The notes below the pieces were generated by a model. The model saw only the letters and a program-made list of their open reading frames with translations. It was not told the DNA's origin and did not search any database. 64,000 bases of DNA from a bacterium (GTDB lineage: Bacteria; Electryoneota; JAOADG01). This document shows positions 7,859 through 17,787 of this stretch, piece by piece. Every line of letters begins with the position of its first letter. Position 1 is the first letter of the stretch. The position numbers and the translations under genes are program-made. Location of the stretch: assembly GCA_963681965.1 (NCBI GenBank), contig OY820579.1, positions 1,280,001-1,344,000 of the forward strand, written 5' to 3'.

Positions 7859-10375
7859 TTACCAGCCTGCTGCTCGGAATGAAGACCAAATCAATCCAAT
7901 CGCTTTAACCTTAATCAACCAATACCACAAACTAAATCCAATACCGCCAAGCATCAGAATGAGCAAAATTGTCGCCGCTCGAGCGGTATTTCGGAATGCG
8001 ATTAAAATAGCTGCTGCACTTCGGTAAAGACTCCAGACGATGAATACACCACTCACAAATAACCAGCCACCGCTGATGGATCGTTCCGACAGAGGACCAA
8101 CCAGCAGCAACGTCAAAGGCAGCAACAGCATGTGATTGGCGAAGCCCCAAGTCAAATAAGATAGCGCTTTGGCGACACCCATCCGTTGTCTGGTAAACAT
8201 GGATACGAGCGAGAGTAGAATCGCAAATAGTGAACCGATCACGGTGAAGAAGATAAAAAAGAAGGCAATCGATCCCGGTGGATTCCAAATAATTCGATTT
8301 GCCCACACTTTCACCACCGGTGAACCAAGTAGTGTAGTAATAAATAAGTCGAAGGTGTAATTGTGCCGTAGACCATAGGTCGTGGCAGCTCCCAATACCG
8401 CTGCGATCAGCGAAATCAGAATCCCGACGACTACTGTTTCACCGAATTGGAAGTATCGCCCTTCGCGAACATCGGTAAAAAATCCACCCGGATGAAGCAT
8501 ACTGCGAATGACGTGCGATCGTAATACTTTATTTTGTCCGATCGAGACGGCAAATAACATCAACACGATCAAACCACCGATAATGAAACTGGTAGCATTC
8601 GATGTCTGAGCGATACCGACGGGTGCCGGTTTAACGGTGATTCCGTTAAGATAATCCCTAAGTGTTACAAAGGTCGTTCGCTCATTGCGCTGAAAGGTTA
8701 CCACACCGACAGGAAGCGTAAAGGGGGCGTTATCGGGAGTCCGATTGAGTAACGGGTAATGCGTTTGATAATCGACCAATCCGCCTAAAACGAAACCGGC
8801 ACATGCGCGAACCGATTCCTGATTGAGCGATTTAACCAATGAAAGCGATTGACGTAATTCTGCCGCCGGATCGCTTCCCTTCTGCGGTAACGGATCCAAA
8901 ATGATGCCAACAATACCAGCTAACAGGGGACCGTTGCATTGTGGAAAAGCGACAGTCTCAGCGTTTAAACTGGGAAGTCGTTCCCAAATTTGAAAATCGG
9001 CGATGCGTTCGTTCACTGGAGCTGGAGTCGATAAATAAACCCAGTGTCCGCAATCGCGACGGATCTTCGTGAATAAATTTCCGAATTCCTCTTCTAATCC
9101 TTTGACCGGAAATCCGTAACCTGTTCCAACTGCGAGCAGTGACGGGTGATTGCCTTCCCGCTGTGTGAATTGGAGCAAAACCGACGCGATATATTGCCGG
9201 AATTCGTCACGTTCAAGAATATGTCGCGGGGGTACAGTGACGGGAGCATCGACCAACAACCACAGACCATAACGATCGGCAAGTCTCAATAAGTAGGGGT
9301 GCGGCGCATTACCCGTAATACGCAATGCATTCAAGCCCAAAGCTTTTGCCGACAAAATATCGCGTTCGAGTTGATATGCAGTAGCCGACCAACCGGTCGC
9401 GGAGAATTCTTCGACATAGGTTGCTGCTGCAATTCGAATCGGGATACCGGAATGAGTCGCAAATCCTGTTGCGGTAATACGAATATCTTGGAAACCGACA
9501 AATTCAGTTACTTCGTGTAATAGTTGATCTTGATCGTACAGTCGAACCGAGATCCGGTATAAATTCGGCTGGATCGGACTCCAAGTTTGAACGTTGGGAA
9601 TATTGTAAGCAATCGTTCCTTGTTTGATGGAACGAGTCGGTACTTCAATATCGACTTGATTTGTTGCGATGATTTCATCGGAAGAATATGGTGTTAAACT
9701 CCAGCGCAGTTGCAGGTTGGCTGGGAAGCCTGCAGGGAGGGTATAAGAGGGCAACGGTTTGGCATCGCGAACTAAATAACCGATTTGCAGTCGTCCACCA
9801 CCGGGAGTAGCTTCGGCTTTGAGATTCAACGACTCGATTCGGCGTAGTGGTAGCGCCAATAAATACACATCCCGGTAGATTCCGGAATATCGTTTTGGCG
9901 AGAAAAAGCCCGCAGCGAGCGGAAAATCTTCGGGACGAGTAATTTCCGGCGATAGCTCAACCTCAATTGTATTGTCGGTATCGTAACGGAGTTGATTGGG
10001 CGGTACATCGATCACCAGAGCATCGGATCCCCGACCCAAAGCCAGAAATTCACCATTTAATGCAACCGATGCATCCTGTCCAATCCCCAGAAAAACTACT
10101 CGAAATTGGCTATTTGCCAAGCGGGATGGAACATGAAAGACGCGGGAGAGTTTAATCCGGTCGGTGCTTTCGGTACAAAATGGAACACGTACTGAGGAGG
10201 CGTTACTACCACTGATAATTTGCCAGTCACCATTCAGTGAAACCAATTTTGTGCTGTCGTTTGTCCCATCGATACCTAATTTCGCATCGAATGGACGAGG
10301 ATCGCCCAATTTGAATTCTTGAGCGAACCCGATCGATGTAATTAAGAACAGCAGAATGATAAGTATTTTTTTCAT
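7859..10375 (-). CDS. GH2-like sugar-binding/TIM-barrel protein with signal peptide and C-terminal multi-TM domain
   Basis: SLNGDW, YSGIYRDVYL, WSPIQPNLY, GLNALR, LADRYGLW, NHPS motifs; several hydrophobic helices at the C-terminus. Confidence 0.8.
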   Translation of the reverse strand: MKKILIILLFLITSIGFAQEFKLGDPRPFDAKLGIDGTNDSTKLVSLNGDWQIISGSNASSVRVPFCTESTDRIKLSRVFHVPSRLANSQFRVVFLGIGQDASVALNGEFLALGRGSDALVIDVPPNQLRYDTDNTIEVELSPEITRPEDFPLAAGFFSPKRYSGIYRDVYLLALPLRRIESLNLKAEATPGGGRLQIGYLVRDAKPLPSYTLPAGFPANLQLRWSLTPYSSDEIIATNQVDIEVPTRSIKQGTIAYNIPNVQTWSPIQPNLYRISVRLYDQDQLLHEVTEFVGFQDIRITATGFATHSGIPIRIAAATYVEEFSATGWSATAYQLERDILSAKALGLNALRITGNAPHPYLLRLADRYGLWLLVDAPVTVPPRHILERDEFRQYIASVLLQFTQREGNHPSLLAVGTGYGFPVKGLEEEFGNLFTKIRRDCGHWVYLSTPAPVNERIADFQIWERLPSLNAETVAFPQCNGPLLAGIVGIILDPLPQKGSDPAAELRQSLSLVKSLNQESVRACAGFVLGGLVDYQTHYPLLNRTPDNAPFTLPVGVVTFQRNERTTFVTLRDYLNGITVKPAPVGIAQTSNATSFIIGGLIVLMLFAVSIGQNKVLRSHVIRSMLHPGGFFTDVREGRYFQFGETVVVGILISLIAAVLGAATTYGLRHNYTFDLFITTLLGSPVVKVWANRIIWNPPGSIAFFFIFFTVIGSLFAILLSLVSMFTRQRMGVAKALSYLTWGFANHMLLLPLTLLLVGPLSERSISGGWLFVSGVFIVWSLYRSAAAILIAFRNTARAATILLILMLGGIGFSLWYWLIKVKAIGLIWSSFRAAGW

Positions 10376-10500
10376 GCAAGTATGTATCGTGAAGAGTCCA
10401 AATATGAAATAAGTCGATCCTGACCTATAAAACCAGCGTTAACATGGAGCGACTATTAACCGTAATTGATGTTCCGATTTTCATCAGCGAATGAATTAAG

Positions 10501-11409
10501 CTAGGATATTAGCCACAGTACTACAACTCCGACAATTATTCGGTACCATCCGAATGGCGACAATCCACCGCGTTGTAAATATCGGACAAATCCTTTTACT
10601 GCAAGGGCTGCAACGATCGCACTTACAATCATTCCGACGGTAAAGACCCCGGGGCTGGCATGGTGAAACACCTCTTTATAGCTCTTAGCCAACTCGTAGA
10701 GTGTTGCCGCAATGATCGTAGGTAATGCCAAGAGAAACGAATATTCGGCTGCTGCAGACAATGATAAGCCCGCAAGTAAAGCACCCAAGATCGTTGTCAT
10801 CGAGCGCGAAGTACCCGGCCAAAGCGAGGCAATCTGGGCAATTCCGATAATCAGAGCAATTCGCCAACTCATTTGCGAGATTTCAAGTCCACTGATTCCG
10901 TGTTTTCGACGGTGATGCCACTCCAGCACAATCATCAAAACGCCGCCAACAATCAATGCTCCAGCAATTGCAGTCGGATTGAAGAGCTTTTCCTTGATTG
11001 CGTGATGAAAGAGCAATCCGACAAATGCGGCAGGACAAAAACTGATAATCAAATTAATCAATAATTTACGACCAGAAGATGCAGCATGAAAGACACCGTT
11101 CCACATCTCGCCGACACGTTTGCGATAGAGACCAATAATTGCTAATATCGCTGCACCTTGGATCACAATATTGAATGAATCGACAGCATCCTTGGCATCT
11201 TTCGAATCCATCTGCAACCAATACGAAGTCAATTCCAAATGCCCAGTACTGGATACTGGCAAAAACTCCGTTAAGCCTTCGACAATTCCCAAGATGATGG
11301 ATTCGGAATAAGTAAATTGATAGGGTGCTTTTGTCGAATCGCTCGGAACAGCTTGCGCTGCCCATTGAAATGAAAGCAATACAATGAATATGAAGAGGAG
11401 CTTTTTCAT
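10501..11409 (-). CDS. uppP: Undecaprenyl-diphosphate phosphatase
   Basis: GIVEGLTEFLPVSSTGHL, IQGAAI, PGTSRS, AAEYSFLL. Confidence 0.95.
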   Translation of the reverse strand: MKKLLFIFIVLLSFQWAAQAVPSDSTKAPYQFTYSESIILGIVEGLTEFLPVSSTGHLELTSYWLQMDSKDAKDAVDSFNIVIQGAAILAIIGLYRKRVGEMWNGVFHAASSGRKLLINLIISFCPAAFVGLLFHHAIKEKLFNPTAIAGALIVGGVLMIVLEWHHRRKHGISGLEISQMSWRIALIIGIAQIASLWPGTSRSMTTILGALLAGLSLSAAAEYSFLLALPTIIAATLYELAKSYKEVFHHASPGVFTVGMIVSAIVAALAVKGFVRYLQRGGLSPFGWYRIIVGVVVLWLIS

Positions 11410-11437
11410 TGAAACCCTTATAGCAGTGATCATTTAA

Positions 11438-13027
11438 TTATTCCCATTCTACGGTAGCTGGGGGTTTTGATGTGATATCGTACACTACCCGATTCACTTG
11501 CCGAACTTCGTTGGTGATCCGGTTTGCGACACGCGCCAGAAATTCCCAAGTGAACCGCGAGAAATCCGCCGTCATAAAGTCGGAAGTATTGACACTGCGT
11601 ATCGCAATCGTTCGCTCATAAGTTCGGTAGTCGCCCTGGACCCCGACCGAGCGGATTGGCAATAAAACCACGAATGCTTGCGATACCTCTTGGTACAACT
11701 CGTCGCGGCGAAGCTCTTCGATGAAAATTGCATCGCATTCGCGTAGTATTTCGAGTCCATCCGGTTCGATTGCGCCAAGATATCGCACCGCCAAACCCGG
11801 TCCCGGAAAGGGGTGGCGATCGACAAGATGCGATGGCAGACCAAGTGCACGACCCACGTTGCGGACTTCATCCTTGAACAACTCCCGCAACGGTTCAAGC
11901 AGTGGAAATGGCAGTAATTCCGGTAAACCACCGACGTTATGATGTGATTTAATCGTTGCCGATGGACCGCGTACCGGTGAACTCTCGATTACATCCGGGT
12001 AGAGCGTACCCTGTGCCAGATAACCAATATTATCGTATTGTTTCGCAGCTTCGGTAAATACTTCGATGAATACGCGACCGATAATTTTTCGCTTGGTTTC
12101 CGGATCCGTCACGCCTGCTAATTGACTCAAAAATTCATCTTGGGCATTGATCCGTTGAATCGAAAGACCTAGTTCGCGAAATGCCGTTTCTACCTGATCT
12201 CCTTCGTTCTTACGCAATAAACCGTTGTCGACGAAGATGGGGAGGACGCGATCACCGATCGCTTTACCCAGTAATGCGGCGGTAACGGAAGAATCGACAC
12301 CGCCGGAAAGCCCTAAAAGTACTTTTTTATTGCCGATACGATCTTTCAAGGTCTTCGTCGCACTATGGATGAATGCCTCGGCATTCCATCCCCCTTTGGC
12401 ACCACAAATCCGATAGAGAAAATTCTGCAGAATTTTCGAACCTAATGGAGTATGTGTGACTTCGGGATGAAATTGTACGCCAAATCGCTTTTGGTCGCGG
12501 TTTTCCACCACGCAATGGGTAGTATTGCCGCTGCTTGCCACGCTTTGATACCCGGATGGGAGTGCTAAAATCCGGTCACCGTGCGACATCCATACTTCGA
12601 ATTTATCAGGTAACTCCTGTAGCAATTCGGATGAGGCTGTGCTTTCGACAAATGCGCGTCCGAACTCCCGCTGAGGACAGGATTCAACCTGCCCGCCGCT
12701 CTGCTGTGCCAGCGTTTGCAAGCCGTAACAGATACCCAGCATCGGAATATCCCATGACAATACCGAGGCGTCGAGCGCTGGTGCGCCGGGATCGTAGACC
12801 GACGAGGGTCCGCCAGATAGAATCAATCCGGCAGGTTTGTGCGCTTCTAGTTCCGCGCGCGTATGATTGTGACGTACAATCTCGGAAAAGACACCAAGTT
12901 CGCGAATACGCCGCGCAATCAGTTGGGTATACTGAGATCCAAAATCGAGCACCAGAATCCGCTCATTTGGTTTGGCAATCGCTTGGATATGGTCGGTTGA
13001 GTTCGAGTTCAAGGGGGTCGCTTTCAT
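11438..13027 (-). CDS. guaA: GMP synthase (glutamine-hydrolysing)
   Basis: LDFGSQYTQLIARR, GICYG, QFHPE, SGGVDS, IKSHHNVGG, KPPATVEWE. Confidence 0.98.
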   Translation of the reverse strand: MKATPLNSNSTDHIQAIAKPNERILVLDFGSQYTQLIARRIRELGVFSEIVRHNHTRAELEAHKPAGLILSGGPSSVYDPGAPALDASVLSWDIPMLGICYGLQTLAQQSGGQVESCPQREFGRAFVESTASSELLQELPDKFEVWMSHGDRILALPSGYQSVASSGNTTHCVVENRDQKRFGVQFHPEVTHTPLGSKILQNFLYRICGAKGGWNAEAFIHSATKTLKDRIGNKKVLLGLSGGVDSSVTAALLGKAIGDRVLPIFVDNGLLRKNEGDQVETAFRELGLSIQRINAQDEFLSQLAGVTDPETKRKIIGRVFIEVFTEAAKQYDNIGYLAQGTLYPDVIESSPVRGPSATIKSHHNVGGLPELLPFPLLEPLRELFKDEVRNVGRALGLPSHLVDRHPFPGPGLAVRYLGAIEPDGLEILRECDAIFIEELRRDELYQEVSQAFVVLLPIRSVGVQGDYRTYERTIAIRSVNTSDFMTADFSRFTWEFLARVANRITNEVRQVNRVVYDITSKPPATVEWE

Positions 13028-13179
13028 TAGCTATTCGATGAGACACAATCTAAAGAGAGGAAAGCGGGAATGAAAGCGGCAACAAGAAATCTACCCGGTG
13101 AATCTAGCGGGTAAGATTTACTCAATACTTATGCGAAATTACTCCAAATTTGTTGCGTAGATATTTGAATATTAATAAT

Positions 13180-15249
13180 TTATTTGATTAATACCAGTTT
13201 CCGCGATTGAAATGCCTTCCCGGTTTGCATCCGAATAAAATAAACTCCAGATGGTAATTCCTTACAATTCAAAGTAATACGATGGAATCCCGCTTGTTCG
13301 ATGCGATTTACCAAAGTACGAATTTCTCGTCCTTCCAAATTGAATAGCTTCAGTCGAACCAGCGATCCAGTAAACAAATTGTAGGAAATCTGTGTAATTC
13401 CATTGAATGGATTTGGATAGTTAGGGAATAATTCAAATTGATCGGGGCAGGAAGCCCTCGTTTCCGAGATTTGATTGGTACCGTCGTTGTAATACCGGAG
13501 AATGCTTGCTTGTTCGCCAGCAATCCACCCATGTTGTGGATCGGGAAATGTCATTCCCGATAATCTTCGATCCATCGCGATCGTTTCTCTCGTCCAATTT
13601 TCGCCGCCATTGATCGTATGCAGAAGGATGCCGGAATCGCCGCAAATCCACGTTTCATTCGCACCAAATGCGATGACTCGACGCAGCGAATTTTCGGTAT
13701 TGCTGGTCAGGGCAACCCAATTCTGCCCTCCATTCGTCGTCCTCAGTAGTCGACCCAACTCACCTACGGTCCAACCATGGATCGAATCGCCGAAAGATAC
13801 ACTATATAGATCGTATGGTGTACCGCTCCGTTGTGACGTCCAGTTCAAACCACCATCAGTCGTATGAAGAATTGTTCCATAGGAACCCGTGACCCATCCA
13901 TGACTCGAATCAGTCATCGCAATTGCGAACCGGTGGTGTAACGAACCACTATTCTGCGACTGCCAACTGTTACCGCTATCGGCTGTGTGTAGAATTGTCC
14001 CGTTCCAACCGACAATCCAACCATTTCGAGGATCACTAAAGGTGATTTGTTCCAGTCTGTTCACTGTTCTGGAGTATACCACCGCCCAAAGATCGCCACC
14101 ATCGGTAGTGCGCGCGATAAAACCGGAATCGCAAACGATCCAGCCGTGTGTCGTATCGGTGAAGAGTACATTATTCAACCCGGTAGCGATGCCATCAGCT
14201 TGAGTAACCCAACTTTTACCGCCATTTCTTGTCCGGAGAACAGTTCCCAGCGAATCGATCGTCCAGCCATTCAGCGTATCGCAGAACGAGATACCTGAAA
14301 AATTGGGTATAGTATAGAAAGACCAAGGATACCAATTCAGACCATCGATTGATCGCAGTTGGATGCCATTTTGACCCAATATTCGATCGTTACAATTTCG
14401 ATAAAGATTTCGATCAGTTCCCGAAGCAAGTGGTTCCCATACATCGACATTCGAGTGCAAAATGGTTCCGGAATCGCCCACCGCAATATTTCCCCAATCC
14501 CCCCAATTCAAATTCTGAGAAGTAGAAGAATACATCGGTTGCCAACGACTTCCCGGGTCGAAGATGGTCAAGATGGTTCCAAAGTCGCCAAAAGCGACAG
14601 CACCGTAACCATTGATTCCAGCCGAGACACAGTTCAATCGATTGGTGGTACCGCTATTTTGTCGCGTCCAGTTAACACCGCTATTCGAAGAAAAGAGAAT
14701 GATGCCGGAATCTCCTACAATCCATCCTTGTGCTAGCGAAACGCTCTGTAACAAACTAATTGATTTCAAATTCGCTATCGTGCCACTGGTTTGTCGCGAC
14801 CAGATGATGCCGTCGGTAGCAGACGTCAGGATCGTGCCTGAGTCGCCGACGATCCAAGCCGATCGACCATGAAAAATAATGTCGGTGAGATCAACTGTCG
14901 TGTTACATTCAATCTGAATCCAGTTACGGTCGTTAACACAATTTAAAATTGTGCCATGATCGCCAATCACCCACTCGCAATTTTCGGAGATTCGGTTTAA
15001 ATCGAATTGCGTCGGAACTGTTTGTCCAAACCAGGTAGCACCGGAATCGTTTGTTCGCAGTATTCTACCGTTGTGACCAACTGCCAATCCGTGTCGATTG
15101 CTAAGGATACGTAAGTCGTTAAATTCGGTTCCAGCTTCACTGTTTAAAAAAGAATTTTGCCATAACCAATTTTGAGCAAATGCGAATGGAACAAAAATGA
15201 GGCACACAAAAAGCGAGGGTATCAGGAGTTTACGTACTCGAAACATCAT
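13180..15249 (-). CDS. Secreted YCF48/BNR-repeat beta-propeller protein with T9SS-type C-terminal domain
   Basis: Signal peptide; many GW(I/V)VG..G.IL.T.DGG..W repeats; C-terminal NYPNPFN...LPSGVYFIRM..KLVLIK. Confidence 0.9.
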   Translation of the reverse strand: MMFRVRKLLIPSLFVCLIFVPFAFAQNWLWQNSFLNSEAGTEFNDLRILSNRHGLAVGHNGRILRTNDSGATWFGQTVPTQFDLNRISENCEWVIGDHGTILNCVNDRNWIQIECNTTVDLTDIIFHGRSAWIVGDSGTILTSATDGIIWSRQTSGTIANLKSISLLQSVSLAQGWIVGDSGIILFSSNSGVNWTRQNSGTTNRLNCVSAGINGYGAVAFGDFGTILTIFDPGSRWQPMYSSTSQNLNWGDWGNIAVGDSGTILHSNVDVWEPLASGTDRNLYRNCNDRILGQNGIQLRSIDGLNWYPWSFYTIPNFSGISFCDTLNGWTIDSLGTVLRTRNGGKSWVTQADGIATGLNNVLFTDTTHGWIVCDSGFIARTTDGGDLWAVVYSRTVNRLEQITFSDPRNGWIVGWNGTILHTADSGNSWQSQNSGSLHHRFAIAMTDSSHGWVTGSYGTILHTTDGGLNWTSQRSGTPYDLYSVSFGDSIHGWTVGELGRLLRTTNGGQNWVALTSNTENSLRRVIAFGANETWICGDSGILLHTINGGENWTRETIAMDRRLSGMTFPDPQHGWIAGEQASILRYYNDGTNQISETRASCPDQFELFPNYPNPFNGITQISYNLFTGSLVRLKLFNLEGREIRTLVNRIEQAGFHRITLNCKELPSGVYFIRMQTGKAFQSRKLVLIK

Positions 15250-15362
15250 TGCCTCCACATCTCATCGGTACTCGTAATGTAATTTCGAATCGAGGTAATT
15301 AAAAGGTGTTAGTTATTCATTTGTAAATATCTATTAAATAAGCGCAAGATGTCAAGATTTAA

Positions 15363-16706
15363 TTAGATACACTCTTTGATTCTTTCCCCTCGCCAGAAAT
15401 CGACTGATACCTGGTTTTCAGATTTGTTCTTGAGATCTTCATCGGCGCGGTATATAAAAGTCATTGTCATCTGCTTCATCGAACTGAAGCCTCGATCTTT
15501 TGCTTTCATAATGACCGGAAGATAGGTTCCAGTGTTTAAATAGCATTGTATCGAACCATCGGTTTGAGTACTGAACACGGTTGATTTGGCGGCGTGAGTA
15601 TGCCCGTAAATCACATATTGAAGGTCGGGATTGGCAATAAATTCACTACGTGCACCTTGCTCAAATTTGTCGCCTTCTCTGGCAATTCTATCATACTTTT
15701 CTTTAATATCGTCGATGATTTTTGTGATCTGCAAAATCTGATTGAATGATGAATTCTTGATCGCATCGAGCAATAGTTCGATTGTATCGATAAAATCCCG
15801 GTTGAAAATGAGCAGACTGGTATTCATTTGATCCCATTTTTTCGCCAATTCCGTGTTAAGAAAATTCTCGACTGCGCGTTTTGCAGCATTGATGATGTCT
15901 GTTTTCACTGTCGACGATAGATTTCCACGATTGATCCAAGTCAGCCATTCGAGAATTAACGTCATGGGGCGAACATTATTGACTTGTGTTAGGAGTTTCA
16001 TCGTCGCTTGATCAATACTGGGATATTTACTGCATTCGAAAATCAGTCCGCTCATGATCTCCGATGTGACTACCTCACCAATCGTTTGAACACAGTTTAT
16101 CCGCGCATCGAAGCGATTGGTATAGTTTTCCTTCAGTACTTTTTTTCCAAATTCAAATCCGTAGCAGACATCATCCCATTCATGACCGTGACGACATAAA
16201 ACCTTGTAGTTGGGTTCAAGATATTCGGATCGAAATTCAAGCGTCACACCGGTGGGTAATGCGTCAATCAGGATCTGTTTCAGCGATTCGAAATTGTAAA
16301 ATGCACGATCATGATTTCCGATTACATAGATCACTTGAAGCGGAAGTTCTAAGCTTGATAACATACCAATTTCATTGAAAAATCTTTTACACTCTTCGGT
16401 CTGAAGGATGTTTTTCAAGATCGTCTGGTAGTGCCCTTCAATGATGCTATTCTTTGAATTCATGGCAGTAGTTGGATCCAGCTCGCCATTCCATGGGCGA
16501 TCTAAGCGAGGAACATTTCTTTGCCAGTGAATCGTCCGAGCTAAATCGAAGATATCACCGAGTAAAACAATCTTGATTTCTTTTACTGATTTACTGATGG
16601 CTTTTTGTTGAATCGATTTGAAAAGATATTCCGAATATGCTGACGAGGATACATTTGTAGAGGTAGAACCATCGGAAAAATGTAAATCGCTTACCACAGC
16701 AATCAT
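15363..16706 (-). CDS. Calcineurin-like metallophosphoesterase
   Basis: SDLH, GDIFD, GNHD, HGH, GHTH, NTGT motifs; GGAG RBS before ATG 16706. Confidence 0.88.
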   Translation of the reverse strand: MIAVVSDLHFSDGSTSTNVSSSAYSEYLFKSIQQKAISKSVKEIKIVLLGDIFDLARTIHWQRNVPRLDRPWNGELDPTTAMNSKNSIIEGHYQTILKNILQTEECKRFFNEIGMLSSLELPLQVIYVIGNHDRAFYNFESLKQILIDALPTGVTLEFRSEYLEPNYKVLCRHGHEWDDVCYGFEFGKKVLKENYTNRFDARINCVQTIGEVVTSEIMSGLIFECSKYPSIDQATMKLLTQVNNVRPMTLILEWLTWINRGNLSSTVKTDIINAAKRAVENFLNTELAKKWDQMNTSLLIFNRDFIDTIELLLDAIKNSSFNQILQITKIIDDIKEKYDRIAREGDKFEQGARSEFIANPDLQYVIYGHTHAAKSTVFSTQTDGSIQCYLNTGTYLPVIMKAKDRGFSSMKQMTMTFIYRADEDLKNKSENQVSVDFWRGERIKECI

Positions 16707-16745
16707 AACAATCTCCAATATTCACTTCAGATGAACTTTTATGAG

Positions 16746-17207
16746 CTACAAACGCAACATGCGGTCGATTTCCAGTCGTTTATTTAATTCCCACAACGCT
16801 GTTCGATTGGAATCCCAGTGGAATTTTCGATAGATCAGATCGTAACTACCCCAAACCAATGCATCGTGTTCCGATGAAATTATTAATTCGATGCCGGAAC
16901 AATCGATGGCGAATGAATACTCGGGAATCACGATTATATCGGCAGACCATAATTCACTTTCAGGAAAAATCGATGCCGGAATCGAGGCGCGATTGTCTAG
17001 CTGGTAGAATCTCAATAGTTCTGAAACACCAATCTCTTCTCTGCTCTCGCGAATAGCGGCTTCGGCAGGTGTCTCGTCGTCCTCACCACCTCCGGCGACG
17101 CCTTGCCAGACTTGACGCTCGGAACGTCTCAACGCACAAAACTCATAATTTCGAATTCCAATCATCCGGAATGGCAATACTAGAACTTGAAATGGTGCAC
17201 GCGCCAT
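16746..17207 (-). CDS. NUDIX hydrolase (NudB-like)
   Basis: WQGVAGGGEDDETPAEAAIRESREEIG Nudix box; SSEH motif. Confidence 0.9.
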   Translation of the reverse strand: MARAPFQVLVLPFRMIGIRNYEFCALRRSERQVWQGVAGGGEDDETPAEAAIRESREEIGVSELLRFYQLDNRASIPASIFPESELWSADIIVIPEYSFAIDCSGIELIISSEHDALVWGSYDLIYRKFHWDSNRTALWELNKRLEIDRMLRL

Positions 17208-17333
17208 TTTCCCTCTTAATTTTATGTGATCGAAACCAATCATTGATCAAATCTAACAAGGATCGTTGGTTTTATAAGCTGATTTATATTAGTAAAATTA
17301 ATACTCTATTGCAATATATTGTTATTGCAAACA

Positions 17334-17361
17334 AAAAAAGACGAACCTTCCGGTTCGCCTT
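17334..17361 (-). terminator. Intrinsic terminator of the prfA-prmC-rnr-tauE-like operon
   Basis: Minus strand AGGCGAACC-GGAA-GGTTCGTCT followed by a T run. Confidence 0.75.
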
Positions 17362-17383
17362 AATTTCACTCTGTCTGTAGATG

Positions 17384-17746
17384 TCAATGCTTGAAAAAGA
17401 TCTTGATCCCTACCACTACTAACACGATACCGAAGATCTTCTCGATTACATTTGCCGGAAGATTGTTGGCTAGCTTCCCGCCGAAATAGCCCCCGAATGC
17501 AAATCCCAATGCAAGAAATGCGGCGACTTTCAAGTCAACATTTCCGTGTTTGTAATATTGCATGACAGCGAAAATTCCTACCGGAGGAATCATCATCGCC
17601 AGCGAAGTGCCTTGTGCCTGCTGCTGACTGAAATGAAATAGAATCACTAGAATTGGCACCAGTAAGATTCCACCGCCGATTCCAATCAACCCACTGACGA
17701 CACCCACCAGTATTCCGGTGACAATCAAAAGTGACCATTGTGGCAT
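17384..17746 (-). CDS. Half-size TauE/SafE (TSUP) family membrane protein
   Basis: SGLIGIGGGILLVP, AQGTSL; about 4 TM helices. Confidence 0.88.
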   Translation of the reverse strand: MPQWSLLIVTGILVGVVSGLIGIGGGILLVPILVILFHFSQQQAQGTSLAMMIPPVGIFAVMQYYKHGNVDLKVAAFLALGFAFGGYFGGKLANNLPANVIEKIFGIVLVVVGIKIFFKH

Positions 17747-17787
17747 TATTCCTCCCGACTCTCAAATCAAATGTACGAAAAAAAACA

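Noticed and set aside
13180-15249. Repeated sequence units that might suggest CRISPR or a repeat array
   Set aside because: They are degenerate protein-level BNR/YCF48 repeats inside one ORF. No CRISPR array or cas gene was seen in the window.
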